IMG/VR virus record: IMGVR_UViG_3300047552_000880
Coordinates: 1-64,000 of that record
Strand: one strand, 5' to 3'
Origin: an uncultured virus (IMG/VR IMGVR_UViG_3300047552_000880)
Lineage: Duplodnaviria > Heunggongvirae > Uroviricota > Caudoviricetes
Length of the DNA stretch: 64,000 nucleotides
Positions 8,371 to 17,829 of this stretch are shown in pieces. The translations under genes were made by a program, and so were the position numbers. Position 1 is the first letter of the stretch, and each line of letters starts with the position of its first letter. The notes under the pieces were generated by a model, which ran no database searches, was not told where the DNA came from, and saw only the letters and a program-made list of their open reading frames with translations.

Positions 8371-9171
8371 TCAGACTTCAAACACTTTGATAACAAAATT
8401 ATTGGCTATGGGTTCATGTCCTTTATAGCCCCGAGGATTATTTAGCATCCTGATTTTTCGAGTCCCGATTTCAGTTTCCTTGTCTACCGAAGTATGGGTA
8501 TGCCCCGAAATATAGGCAACAGGATTAGCATTATAAACTACATCTTCCATGTCAGTACACCCATAATAGTAAGCGCCATTAAAAGTTCGGTCTTCCTGAA
8601 AATTAACAAACGGAGAATGATGGCTGACCATGATCAATTTCTTATTTGTCATGGAGTTTTCTATCATGAATTGACGATCAGCGTCATGCATGTCACACCA
8701 CTGCACGTTGGTTAACTTTTTTCTTGTTTCTTTTCGGCTTTGAATGTATCGAAAGTCATTCGTGCATCGCGTGGCATCGAACATTACAGAAGGGTCGCCC
8801 TTGTTCATGTCAGTCCATAGTGTTGCTCCAACGATTCTAATATCATTGTAATCGAACGCCACCTGTTTCGAATAATGAATGTTTGTAATAGCATGAGTCG
8901 CGAAATACTTTTCAACCAAAATTGGCGCATCTTCTAACCAGACACCATAGTATTCGTGGTTCCCCGGAATCCAGATGACTTTTTCGTATTTCTTTGATGC
9001 AGCTAAGAAAAAGTCAATAACTCCCGGATAACGATCAAGATTATTGGGAATGAAGGCATCCACTGTAACAATATCGCCTGCCAGAATAAGAATATCGGCG
9101 TCAGGTAGATCAAAGTCCATTCCCCCAAATTCAAGATGCAAGTCCGAACAATAAGCAATTTTAGTCAACAC
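8371..9171 (-). CDS. Calcineurin-like metallophosphoesterase
   Basis: SDLH, AGD, PGNHEY, HHSP, GHTH motifs. Confidence 0.92.
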   Translation of the reverse strand: MLTKIAYCSDLHLEFGGMDFDLPDADILILAGDIVTVDAFIPNNLDRYPGVIDFFLAASKKYEKVIWIPGNHEYYGVWLEDAPILVEKYFATHAITNIHYSKQVAFDYNDIRIVGATLWTDMNKGDPSVMFDATRCTNDFRYIQSRKETRKKLTNVQWCDMHDADRQFMIENSMTNKKLIMVSHHSPFVNFQEDRTFNGAYYYGCTDMEDVVYNANPVAYISGHTHTSVDKETEIGTRKIRMLNNPRGYKGHEPIANNFVIKVFEV

Positions 9172-9359
9172 ATTCCTCGCATGCTAACAATCTTGTCGGC
9201 TTCTTTTTGATAGCCACGAACAACAAGAGAATTCCACAGAAGGGCAATCTCTTTCCATTCCTCTGCACCATCTGAATAAACTTTCTTATCAGAGGAAAGA
9301 TGATAACGCCAATTGTGTCGGATACAAAGACGTTTCAAATGATCTAGCTCAGGTGGCAT
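9165..9359 (-). CDS. Hypothetical protein
   Basis: 64-aa coupled ORF; HNW.Y..S.D..VY..G pattern. Confidence 0.65.
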   Translation of the reverse strand: MPPELDHLKRLCIRHNWRYHLSSDKKVYSDGAEEWKEIALLWNSLVVRGYQKEADKIVSMRGMC

Positions 9360-9660
9360 GAAGTTCCTCTACCAGTTCTTCTTCCAAGGTTTCATCAAAG
9401 TTATCTGGCTTCACGGGTTTCAGCCAATGGTCAGGAATGAATCCTTCCCGAGAATCCCCGTACATTGTTTCCAAGTTTCCTTCAACGCACCACAGATATC
9501 CATCCACAACAGAAACCCATGCCTCACCATTATATCGGAAAGTATTGCCTGCATTAACGAAACCTATCAATGCCTTAGGTGTGACAATCTTACCAATATT
9601 CTTTTCACGAATAGCCTTAACAATGAATGCTGGCTCCCCCGCTTTGTTTTTAACGTTCAT
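9349..9660 (-). CDS. Hypothetical protein
   Basis: 103-aa coupled ORF. Confidence 0.7.
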   Translation of the reverse strand: MNVKNKAGEPAFIVKAIREKNIGKIVTPKALIGFVNAGNTFRYNGEAWVSVVDGYLWCVEGNLETMYGDSREGFIPDHWLKPVKPDNFDETLEEELVEELHAT

Positions 9661-9965
9661 GAGAACACCTTAGTAAAAAAATCTTCTGAGTTAATTGCTT
9701 TGTCGCAGATCAACAGATCATAAGAGGGTTTATGATTCATAATCAACTGATAATACATACAGCCCCAAGATGCAAGTTGTTTTGCCGTGAAGTCACTGTA
9801 ATCAACACCAGAAATATTTCCTCGGGCAGAATAATAAATGATCTGCTCACCTTCCATATGAAGGCGATTGAAATATTCAATTCTATCAGTCATCGGCACA
9901 CATTCTTCATATGTTCCGTTGGTGCGACAGATTGTTCCATCAATGTCAACGTAAATTTTAGCCAT
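9657..9965 (-). CDS. HAD-superfamily phosphatase (capsule-biosynthesis-phosphatase-like)
   Basis: VDIDGTI, YSARG, KP.YDL.I.DKA motifs; start reassigned to MAKIY. Confidence 0.8.
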   Translation of the reverse strand: MAKIYVDIDGTICRTNGTYEECVPMTDRIEYFNRLHMEGEQIIYYSARGNISGVDYSDFTAKQLASWGCMYYQLIMNHKPSYDLLICDKAINSEDFFTKVFS

Positions 9966-10317
9966 TCTGACTATCTCCGGGAATGATTCTGTAATTGTCT
10001 TCAACACTATCTGGTGTACTGACTTCCAGTATTGTACCACTTTCAATGCACAAAACTTGATGTGGCTCCAATACATCGTTATGAATTATATCACCACGCG
10101 ATACATCAAATACACTCAGATCAGCATTGGTTGTGTTTATTTTTCTGATCTGAAATTTACCTGACATAACAATCCACGTTTCTGTCTTATTGGCATGGAA
10201 GTGCATACTGAATTTACCGCCAGCATCGAAAACCAGAAACTTACTGCAATACTTGTCATTTGTCACCCAAATGTCTTCGTATCCCCAAGCCTTCTCAACA
10301 ATACCTTCGTGTCTCAT
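9958..10317 (-). CDS. Cupin, sugar-phosphate isomerase-like
   Basis: VEKAWGYE, SMHFH..KTETW.V.SG, EVSTPD..EDNYR. Confidence 0.8.
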   Translation of the reverse strand: MRHEGIVEKAWGYEDIWVTNDKYCSKFLVFDAGGKFSMHFHANKTETWIVMSGKFQIRKINTTNADLSVFDVSRGDIIHNDVLEPHQVLCIESGTILEVSTPDSVEDNYRIIPGDSQNG

Positions 10318-10706
10318 TTACTTCTTTCGATGATCTTTGAGCTAGAAAATCCGGGAATGCGTTCAAAGAACTTCAGTTCCTTGGCATACTGCGATCCGAT
10401 AACAAGTTTATCTCTGTAATCAGAACCAACCAGCATTATATCAGGATTCAGAATCTGAATGATCTGTTCGAGTTTTCTGTCTGTCTCAAAAATACCACAT
10501 GGGTGAACACCTTTAATCCGACTCAACTGGTACAGCCTCTGACCTTCTGTGTGTATTGGTCTATCTGCTCCCTTCAGCATCTTCACTCTTTCATCGGCAT
10601 CAATGGCAACATAAACATCACCAAGAGTAGACGCATAGTCAAAGAGTCTGAAATGACCGGGATGAAGAACATCAAACACCCCATTGATAAAAACAAGTTT
10701 TTTCAT
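10314..10706 (-). CDS. Nucleotidyltransferase (HldE/RfaE domain II or TagD-like)
   Basis: FINGVFDVLHPGH (HxGH), KG.DRPI, VGSDY, SSSKIIER. Confidence 0.85.
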   Translation of the reverse strand: MKKLVFINGVFDVLHPGHFRLFDYASTLGDVYVAIDADERVKMLKGADRPIHTEGQRLYQLSRIKGVHPCGIFETDRKLEQIIQILNPDIMLVGSDYRDKLVIGSQYAKELKFFERIPGFSSSKIIERSK

Positions 10707-13700
10707 TTTCTCGGAAGCACAGAAATAAATCTGCTAGTAGAAGTCTCTGTTGAAAGCGTATCCAGTTTAGCTCTGATATCAGCAATCTCTGAAATCAGGT
10801 CAGACACCTTATCAGTCGTACATTCGTATATAGCGATATTACTGAATCTGGTTCCAAATTCATTTTCCGTAATATTGCTGCGAATGTAATCTAATAAGTC
10901 ATTCTTACTCATTTTTCGGAAGTCGATCTTATTGTCAATAACATGTTCAATGAAAAGTTTCTTGGCAGTCAGATATTCTACCTGATTATCATAGGTTTTC
11001 TTTTCGTAGTCCAATTTTTGCTGAAACTTTGAGAGTCGATACTCAACGAAGTGGTGTATCAACGAGGCAACGCTCTTGAAGATTTTTAGTTTACCGTGCT
11101 GATCCAATGTCGTTAGATTCTCGCTATGAATCTTCGCCAGCTTGAAATATGACAGCGGGTCTTTATCAATAGAATCTTTCTGCGCTCCAGTTACCTTAAC
11201 AGTGAACACGAACCCGGCGTCACTACAATGATCTTCATAGTCACGAATCTTATCAGAGTCAATCAATGTATTGAGAAAGGTGACATATGTAGCTCTGTCA
11301 TATCCAACTGGCAATTCACTGATTTTATACTGATACTTGCCAATGTACTCGATCTTTCCGAGGCTCTTATACTGATTATCCCCAATAGAGACAACTTCTC
11401 CGTTAAATGAAGGAAACGAAGGCAGTATATCTGCATTGGTATCAAGAAATTTTGTTGGGTTCTTGATACATTCTTTCACAGCGGCTACCAATGAATGTGT
11501 ACTACGCGGAAGAATATTTGAAGCAAAACCAACAGCGATACCAGAAACACCATTGACAAGAACCCAAGGGATAACAGGTAGATAGTGCAGCGGAGCACAT
11601 TGTTCAGGATCATCTGAATAATCAACGACTTCTTCATCAATAAAAAATTTCTTGAAATTATCACTGAGTTTAGCATAGATATAACGTGGCGCAGCAGGTT
11701 CCTGAATCAACCTCGAACCAAAGTTACCCTGACCCTCAAAAATAGGAGCATTGTTAGACCATTCGGCAGTCATACCATTGATAGCAGCAATAGCAGAAAC
11801 TTCGCCATGATGATATCCATATTTGGCAACACTACCACCCAACTCAGATAACTTCTGAAACCCCTTTGGTGAATTCAACATCGCATGAACAAGAATTCGC
11901 TGAACAGGCTTCAGACCATCGATGACGCTTGGAATCGCCCGATTCTCTATTGTATACATTGAGTAATCAAGATACTCGGTGTCAATTGCACTGGTAATCG
12001 TTTTCTTGTCAGTCACAACAGGCTGAACAAAATCTGTGTTCAACATCCATTCTTTTCTGGCATCAGCGGAGTCACCGAAAGCCATTTCAAGGCGCTCAAT
12101 TCCTTCTGGTGTCACTGTGACATATCTAGGGTTATTGATGACCTCAGAATAGATATCCTTTGGCATTGACCCCAATCCCTTGAAGTAAGAAACATTCCAA
12201 CCAGTGGAATCAAACTTCTGAAATTCATCTATTGTGTCAAAGGTTTTTACTTGCTTACCTTTTTTGCAATAGTAAAGCGGAGCCAGTAACCTGACAACTC
12301 TACCGCCATCGAACAGTTCTTTCCAATGAGAAAACAGATTCAGCAACAGACAGAAGATGTTATTACCATCTGTATCCATATCCGTGAATATTGCGATACG
12401 ACCGTAATTTAAATTCGTTGCTGGCTTGCCGAATTCTAGACCAATGATACTTAGTAACTCAGAGATTTCTTTGTTCTTCAGAATTTCAATCGGCTTCATT
12501 CCACGAACATTCATGACCTTCCCCTTAAGAGGGTATCCACCATGAATCTTTGGGTCACGAACTGTTAACAGGCTACCAAGAGCAGACTGACCTTCTGTAA
12601 TACACAGAACTGTCTGTGAACGATCTTTATTCGTTGCAGCAATATGATTGATGATAGGTGTACGCGAAAGAGTCTTCTTTTTCTTTTCTAGTTCGCGCCG
12701 TTCTTCCAATTCTTTTTTGTGTAGGATAGACTGAATCATTGGATCAATGATTTCAGGCGTGTTCAGAACACTTTTTGCGATCTTATCGAAGTCAAACCCA
12801 CTAAGATGACTAGAAAGCTCTGCAACAGTATTCGTTAAACGTTCTTTGGTCTGACTATCAAACTTCATATTAACGAAGTTACGAAGAACAGTCACAACAG
12901 TAAGATGTTGACGGATTGAGTTAGGAAGAACATCAATCTTATGTTTCTTCTTGATGTGCTGGCGCAATGGTTCAATTACACGGTCAACAATATAATTGAT
13001 ATGCGTTCCGCCGTTCTTTAACCACAGACCATTACAATAGGAATGCAATTGGAATTCTTCTGTTGCGCCGCTTGGCGCAAGAATAATTACACCAGCAGAA
13101 TTTTCTGCAATGACATTGACTGGATTAAACTTCGCTGCATACTCTGAAATTTTCTTCACTCGAATGGGTTCATCATTAAACGTGAATTTGATTTCAGGGA
13201 AACAGACAGCCAGATTCTCAAATTGATCTTTGAAGAAGTCAATGTGGTCTTGAGTCAACTCAGATAGCCCGAATGCAGCAACATCGGGAATGAAACTGAC
13301 TCTGGTAAATTTTTGTGTCGATTCCTTGGTGTGAATATTCTTGATATTCGCATTACCATTACACAGCAACCGGAGATATGTCTTTCCATCAGAGGTTTCT
13401 CCAATGAATTCTGTTGAGAAAACATTGGTCAGAAAACTACCAACTCCATTTGCGCCAATGGTTTCACGGCTGTCATCAAAATTCGAACCTGCACGAGCCT
13501 GAGTCCATGCAAGAACAGGTCTATATTGATTTGTTCCATCAACAATGGTAACAGGAATACCTCGACCATTATCTTCAACAATCACCTGATATGGTTCACC
13601 AAGAAGACCAAGGTCAACTTTCTTGATACTCACGCTGATCTTATTAGCGAACTTGTATTTTGTGCGAACAGCTTCATCAATCGAGTTATCAATAATTTCT

Positions 13701-13852
13701 CGAATAATTTTACACAGCGCCGGAACAATGGACAATGTTTGTTTCTGTCCAAAGAACATTCCTGTAATTTCTTCTACTGTCGCTGATCCAGCATACATCT
13801 GGACTCGTTTACGGATGTGTTCTGCATCCGTTAGAATTTTGAATTCACTCAT
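10703..13852 (-). CDS. Type IIA DNA topoisomerase, single polypeptide (gp39+gp60+gp52 fused)
   Basis: GHKL ATPase (EIIDNSIDE, DNGRGIP, GANGVG), TOPRIM (TEGQSA, PLKGKVMN, DMDTDG), YFKGLG, then GyrA-like IDGLKPVQR, YHHGE, APRY catalytic Tyr, all in one 1049-aa frame. Confidence 0.95.
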   Translation of the reverse strand: MSEFKILTDAEHIRKRVQMYAGSATVEEITGMFFGQKQTLSIVPALCKIIREIIDNSIDEAVRTKYKFANKISVSIKKVDLGLLGEPYQVIVEDNGRGIPVTIVDGTNQYRPVLAWTQARAGSNFDDSRETIGANGVGSFLTNVFSTEFIGETSDGKTYLRLLCNGNANIKNIHTKESTQKFTRVSFIPDVAAFGLSELTQDHIDFFKDQFENLAVCFPEIKFTFNDEPIRVKKISEYAAKFNPVNVIAENSAGVIILAPSGATEEFQLHSYCNGLWLKNGGTHINYIVDRVIEPLRQHIKKKHKIDVLPNSIRQHLTVVTVLRNFVNMKFDSQTKERLTNTVAELSSHLSGFDFDKIAKSVLNTPEIIDPMIQSILHKKELEERRELEKKKKTLSRTPIINHIAATNKDRSQTVLCITEGQSALGSLLTVRDPKIHGGYPLKGKVMNVRGMKPIEILKNKEISELLSIIGLEFGKPATNLNYGRIAIFTDMDTDGNNIFCLLLNLFSHWKELFDGGRVVRLLAPLYYCKKGKQVKTFDTIDEFQKFDSTGWNVSYFKGLGSMPKDIYSEVINNPRYVTVTPEGIERLEMAFGDSADARKEWMLNTDFVQPVVTDKKTITSAIDTEYLDYSMYTIENRAIPSVIDGLKPVQRILVHAMLNSPKGFQKLSELGGSVAKYGYHHGEVSAIAAINGMTAEWSNNAPIFEGQGNFGSRLIQEPAAPRYIYAKLSDNFKKFFIDEEVVDYSDDPEQCAPLHYLPVIPWVLVNGVSGIAVGFASNILPRSTHSLVAAVKECIKNPTKFLDTNADILPSFPSFNGEVVSIGDNQYKSLGKIEYIGKYQYKISELPVGYDRATYVTFLNTLIDSDKIRDYEDHCSDAGFVFTVKVTGAQKDSIDKDPLSYFKLAKIHSENLTTLDQHGKLKIFKSVASLIHHFVEYRLSKFQQKLDYEKKTYDNQVEYLTAKKLFIEHVIDNKIDFRKMSKNDLLDYIRSNITENEFGTRFSNIAIYECTTDKVSDLISEIADIRAKLDTLSTETSTSRFISVLPRK

Positions 13853-14274
13853 TTGATTTTATATGAAATCAGGTCAAAGATCATTTCACTGATGAATGCG
13901 TGTTTAAGATCATAAAAATCCATCTGAGCAATCATTTGATCAGAAAGAACTTTCTTGAGCGCAGAATTGACAGCAACATGATTGAATTGCATGTAACCTG
14001 ACATGGATTCAATGTGATAATTGACAGTATTATTGTAATCCGCAATCACCATCAATCGAGGCAATTGTGTTGCAAGACGATTATATGAAACCTGACGACC
14101 GATTGATTTATTATAAACATCGCCCTCAGAAAGTTTCGCCCAAGCAAACCAGACATGATTATGTTCACGAATATATGCAACAGTGAAACTGTTGTAGTTA
14201 TCACCTGTCCAATGATCAATAGCATGGATATAGCGAGGGTTCAGGTTACGAGAATCAATCATCGAAAGCTCCAT
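13849..14274 (-). CDS. Hypothetical phage protein
   Basis: A.LS.GD.YNKSIGR..S..RL motif. Confidence 0.7.
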   Translation of the reverse strand: MELSMIDSRNLNPRYIHAIDHWTGDNYNSFTVAYIREHNHVWFAWAKLSEGDVYNKSIGRQVSYNRLATQLPRLMVIADYNNTVNYHIESMSGYMQFNHVAVNSALKKVLSDQMIAQMDFYDLKHAFISEMIFDLISYKIK

Positions 14275-14398
14275 TACGATGTTTAGGGTTACGGGAAACT
14301 TTTTCTTTCTGTTTCTTAGAAAGTTGTTTTGTGGCTTTGTTAAATTGGTTTGCGTGTTTTGCTACCCAATTTCTTGGTTTTACTTTAGGTGATGTCAT
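14255..14398 (-). CDS. Small basic protein (47 aa)
   Basis: Manual translation MTSPKVKPRNWVAKHANQFNKATKQ...; the N.VAKH...NKA pattern recurs in large phages. Confidence 0.6.
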   Translation of the reverse strand: MTSPKVKPRNWVAKHANQFNKATKQLSKKQKEKVSRNPKHRNGAFDD

Positions 14399-14403
14399 AA
14401 TCA

Positions 14404-14652
14404 TTATTGTAAACGATTTTTGTCATGCAGGCGCAGGTTTAGCACAAAATTTTCAACAACCAATTTTGTTACTGTTGCTAACATCGTCATTTCTCTGGCA
14501 TCCTTATCTCCACCAAGGTACATGTCCAGTACATTTGCTGCAATGTAACGGAAAGTGTCTTCTTCTGAGTGTGGAAGGTAGCCGAAGTCGATTGGGTCTG
14601 CTTGGTTGACTTCTAGCGCCAGTTCAGTGAGTTGGTCAAGTAAAGTTTTCAT
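14404..14652 (-). CDS. Conserved hypothetical T4-like phage protein
   Basis: DPIDFG.L...MLATVTKLVVENFVLNL motif. Confidence 0.75.
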   Translation of the reverse strand: MKTLLDQLTELALEVNQADPIDFGYLPHSEEDTFRYIAANVLDMYLGGDKDAREMTMLATVTKLVVENFVLNLRLHDKNRLQ

Positions 14653-14666
14653 GATGATTGATTATT

Positions 14667-14866
14667 AGTCCCGCTTACAAAATACGGGGACGAACTTTCG
14701 TGTCGTCTGTTCTACCTATCACGGTAGTAACTTCTCGCTCTATGATGGCGTCATAGATGGCAGTGCATGCACTGTTTTACATTGTTTCCTACAAGACAAT
14801 GGACGCTCTAACCGGAACGACACGGACCCAAGGTAGGTATGGTACTCGATGTACGTATCGAGCATT
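14667..14866 (-). ncRNA. Candidate structured RNA of about 200 nt (ncRNA or 5' leader), family unknown
   Basis: ORF-free gap after TGTTATAAT; at least six hairpins plus an 8-bp long-range closing stem (14699-14706 with 14817-14824). Confidence 0.6.
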
Positions 14867-14872
14867 AAACAA

Positions 14873-14883
14873 ATTATAACACA
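14873..14883 (-). promoter_or_regulatory. Extended -10 promoter
   Basis: TGTGTTATAAT on the minus strand. Confidence 0.65.
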
Positions 14884-15323
14884 GAATTCTTCATATGTTT
14901 TTTATGTATTTTACATGAAATCCAGCTATTGTAATAAAGATCGCTCAAAAGAACATCCCTGATGAGTTGTTCCTTTATTTCATAATACGAAAGTTCTGAC
15001 TTACTATAACAATATCGAATAATTTCTCTGCGATATCGATCAGCGCCATTTTTTGCAATTTCTTCTTTCAGAAAATCGCTGGAGCCATAATAGTCTCGCC
15101 AGTCACTCGGTATCTGAATTTTTGTTTTCTTCTTAACCTTTGATCCTTTATTTACTCCACTTTTTACGGTAACTGTTCTGACCGAATACTTGTGCGAATA
15201 AAGATTCTTCTTACCAATATACATTTTTCCGCTGTCTATATGAGTTATCAGATAGATGAACCCAATAGCTGCTTCTGGTATTTCTGAATCAAGGACAGGT
15301 TTATCATTATACACCCAATCCAT
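14874..15323 (-). CDS. GIY-YIG family endonuclease (Seg-like, short form)
   Basis: GFIYLITH...MYIGKK...YYGS...REII...YYE...YYN. Confidence 0.85.
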   Translation of the reverse strand: MDWVYNDKPVLDSEIPEAAIGFIYLITHIDSGKMYIGKKNLYSHKYSVRTVTVKSGVNKGSKVKKKTKIQIPSDWRDYYGSSDFLKEEIAKNGADRYRREIIRYCYSKSELSYYEIKEQLIRDVLLSDLYYNSWISCKIHKKHMKNSVL

Positions 15324-15352
15324 AAGCTGCCTTTCATTGACAGCTTATTTAA

Positions 15353-15529
15353 TTACTTCAGATAACGAGTATATGCAGCGGCTTCTTCTTCGTCATCGAA
15401 CCCCATTTCATCGTATGCATCAAATCTTGGTCGCTTTGTCCTTGATTCAGCCTTTTTCTTCGCAGCAATATGAGATTCATTTTCATATTCACTGTTTGTA
15501 TTGCGATTACGATTTTGTTGAGTTTCCAT
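15353..15529 (-). CDS. Small charged hypothetical protein
   Basis: Short ORF overlapping the gp59 end. Confidence 0.5.
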   Translation of the reverse strand: METQQNRNRNTNSEYENESHIAAKKKAESRTKRPRFDAYDEMGFDDEEEAAAYTRYLK

Positions 15530-16061
15530 TTTCAATTAAGGGTTGATATTTTGATACGTTAAAGAAGTCTTTGTACTTCCGAAGTTTTCTGATTCTATCA
15601 GAGGAAAAGGCAAAGTTCGGTGAATTCTGCATCTTATCCAGATTATCGCCAAAGCGAAGTATAACATATTCTGGGGTGTACTGACCGCCAAGGTAGCCAA
15701 AAAACACATCAGAGTTGGTTGCATTCGCCAAGTTTGCTTTCTCTATATCACATTTAATATAATAACCAAGTGATGCTCTACGTCCTTTGAAGTTGTAATA
15801 CAGGCTCTGTATTTCTTCGTTTTCAGTGTACTGGAGAATTTTCATTTCCAATTCACATGCAATACAGGCATAAACAAGATCGGTGACAGTAGAATATTTT
15901 CTTGCTAACCAATCGAACTTGAATGCCTGATTTCTTGTTAAAGAATTGTATGCTTTCTCGGATTGTTTTGTGTGAATCCCATATTTCTTAAGAGAATATG
16001 CTTCGTCCCTAAAGTGAAGACGAAGCCCCCAATAATATTTGAAAGCAGTTTCGATGTTCAC
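15507..16061 (-). CDS. gp59: Helicase loader gp59-like
   Basis: AFKYYWGLRLHF...YSLKKYG N-terminus; conserved rnh-(x)-33-59 gene order. Confidence 0.75.
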   Translation of the reverse strand: MNIETAFKYYWGLRLHFRDEAYSLKKYGIHTKQSEKAYNSLTRNQAFKFDWLARKYSTVTDLVYACIACELEMKILQYTENEEIQSLYYNFKGRRASLGYYIKCDIEKANLANATNSDVFFGYLGGQYTPEYVILRFGDNLDKMQNSPNFAFSSDRIRKLRKYKDFFNVSKYQPLIENGNSTKS

Positions 16062-16297
16062 AGCAATTCGTCAATAGAATAAACTTCTTTACGATAATGA
16101 CCTTCATCAATAGCTGACTGTTGTACTTTCTCAAGTAGAACCGTACTCATGTACTGTAACAGTTCCTCTGGCTCTTTATCAGATTCTTCGCTGAAATGAA
16201 GGATGGCATCAAAATATGAAACTGCATTGTCGATGACATATTTCTCGATATACTCACTGAATGTAGTTTTGTTCAGGAACATTTCTTCTGGATTCAT
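16058..16297 (-). CDS. gp33: Late-transcription coactivator gp33
   Basis: FSEYIE..V.....SYFDAIL.F.E......E...L.EK pattern; acidic tail IDELL; synteny. Confidence 0.8.
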   Translation of the reverse strand: MNPEEMFLNKTTFSEYIEKYVIDNAVSYFDAILHFSEESDKEPEELLQYMSTVLLEKVQQSAIDEGHYRKEVYSIDELL

Positions 16298-16731
16298 TGT
16301 TCTTCTTTCAGTGCTTCGCAGATCAATTCATGTGTCAGTGTTGGGTACAGAGATTCAACATTCTTAAGAAGAATTGCCTTCAGCAATTTTGCCTCTGATT
16401 CACATAACATTTCTGTCATGTTCTTGTACTGCAACGTCTTTGTTCGTTTCGGAATTTTTGATGACGCTGGCGCAAAAAAGATACCTTCAAAAATCTGTGT
16501 TGTGGCACGAGATAACAAAGATGTTCCGGCAAGGCTCCTATGATAGATCGGATTTGTTGTTTTGATTTCATTGATATCAACATCAACCCACTTATCATCA
16601 ACAGCAGATAACAACAATCGCTTTGCGAAAGAATTTGTTTTAATCAACTGGCGCAACTCATTGAGTTTGTTGTCAGATTGATCTATTTTAGATAGGATTT
16701 CATCCAATCCATAGACAGCCACATTTTGCAT
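16294..16731 (-). CDS. Conserved T4-like phage protein
   Basis: EML..SEAKLL.....K.....YP.LT motif; usual position between rnh and 33. Confidence 0.7.
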   Translation of the reverse strand: MQNVAVYGLDEILSKIDQSDNKLNELRQLIKTNSFAKRLLLSAVDDKWVDVDINEIKTTNPIYHRSLAGTSLLSRATTQIFEGIFFAPASSKIPKRTKTLQYKNMTEMLCESEAKLLKAILLKNVESLYPTLTHELICEALKEEQ

Positions 16732-17651
16732 TAGAAAAAATCCTCTAAACTTCCTGAAAGATTACTGAAACGACGACTAGCAAAATATTTCAATAGACCC
16801 ATTTTGCTTCCTTTTTTATCCAATTGTGCATTATAGCACTCAAGAATCCTGTTAGCCACCACATCAGGAATTTTTTCATATGAAACGAGCGTTTCGTTCC
16901 TGATATAGTTTTTTCTCTGTTCTTCGTCTTCACATGCATCGATGGGATTCTTTGCATCAAAGAATGATTGAAGATATTTTGCTGAGATAGATTTCTGCCT
17001 TGCGCCAGCTTCTTTTGTTGCAAAGAAATTTGCAGGAGATTTGATCGAAGGAATTCCGTCGCCACTGTCGCCCTTAACAATTTTTTCGATAAGTGCTTTT
17101 CTGGCTCCGAATTCAGGTTTCACCTGTTTCTTGATTGCTGGAGAAAACTGTCTTACATTATCATACCGATGTAGTTGGTAATTATCTTTGTCACTGGAGA
17201 TAATTAGAATGTTTTCTGGCTCCAGTTCATCGAACATATTCATGACACCTGTTGTGGTACTGATGTGTTTAGTCAGCACACCAATAATGTCATCTGCCTC
17301 TGCGCCCTCTACCTTGATCACAGGATAATGCATGTACTCTTGGCAGATAGAAACTACGTCTGAAATACATTCGTTAACAAAATTCCAGTCGATATCTTCT
17401 TTTTCTTTTTTATTTTTCCGAGAATATTTGTACTCAGGGAAAATGTCATAGCGCCACGATTTACTGTCAATAGCAAGAACCATTTTTCCGTAATTGACTC
17501 GGTGTTCGCGGTTATTTGCACGAAGACTATTCAGGATAATATGATGCAGAACATCTTTACTTTCCTTACTAGGGTTGCATGCACATTGATGTGCAGTTGT
17601 ATCTGCATAGATCGTTGCAATGGCGATCTGACTAAAATCAGTTATTATCAT
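16731..17651 (-). CDS. rnh: T4-type RNase H (5'-3' exonuclease)
   Basis: DFSQI, WRYDIFPEYK, EADDIIG, SSDKD, GDSGDGIP. Confidence 0.93.
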   Translation of the reverse strand: MIITDFSQIAIATIYADTTAHQCACNPSKESKDVLHHIILNSLRANNREHRVNYGKMVLAIDSKSWRYDIFPEYKYSRKNKKEKEDIDWNFVNECISDVVSICQEYMHYPVIKVEGAEADDIIGVLTKHISTTTGVMNMFDELEPENILIISSDKDNYQLHRYDNVRQFSPAIKKQVKPEFGARKALIEKIVKGDSGDGIPSIKSPANFFATKEAGARQKSISAKYLQSFFDAKNPIDACEDEEQRKNYIRNETLVSYEKIPDVVANRILECYNAQLDKKGSKMGLLKYFASRRFSNLSGSLEDFF

Positions 17652-17829
17652 CTTTAGAAATTATTGACCATGCGGCCATCAGTAAAATTGAAATGCCAAC
17701 AAACTTAAACAAAGAAGGTTTTGTTATTGTTTCATCGTCACTGAACATCGGAGCAATCTTCAGATAAAGTTTATGAAGCGCCCAAAGAACAGCAACAAGA
17801 AAACATACACCAAAGATAGCCCCGATCAT
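17638..17829 (-). CDS. Small membrane protein
   Basis: Two hydrophobic helices. Confidence 0.6.
   Translation of the reverse strand: MIGAIFGVCFLVAVLWALHKLYLKIAPMFSDDETITKPSLFKFVGISILLMAAWSIISKDDNN

Noticed and set aside
10703..13852. Intein or gene-60-type coding gap in the topoisomerase
   Set aside because: The frame is continuous, its length fits the sum of the subunits, and no intein motifs are visible
14667..14866. tRNA, hammerhead ribozyme or retron msr-msd
   Set aside because: No TTC-containing T-arm with acceptor stem and CCA, no CUGAnGA core, and no reverse transcriptase nearby
14874..15323. Mobile intron-associated homing endonuclease
   Set aside because: Free-standing short GIY-YIG protein with no DNA-binding extension and no interrupted host gene; a link to the adjacent structured RNA cannot be supported from sequence alone
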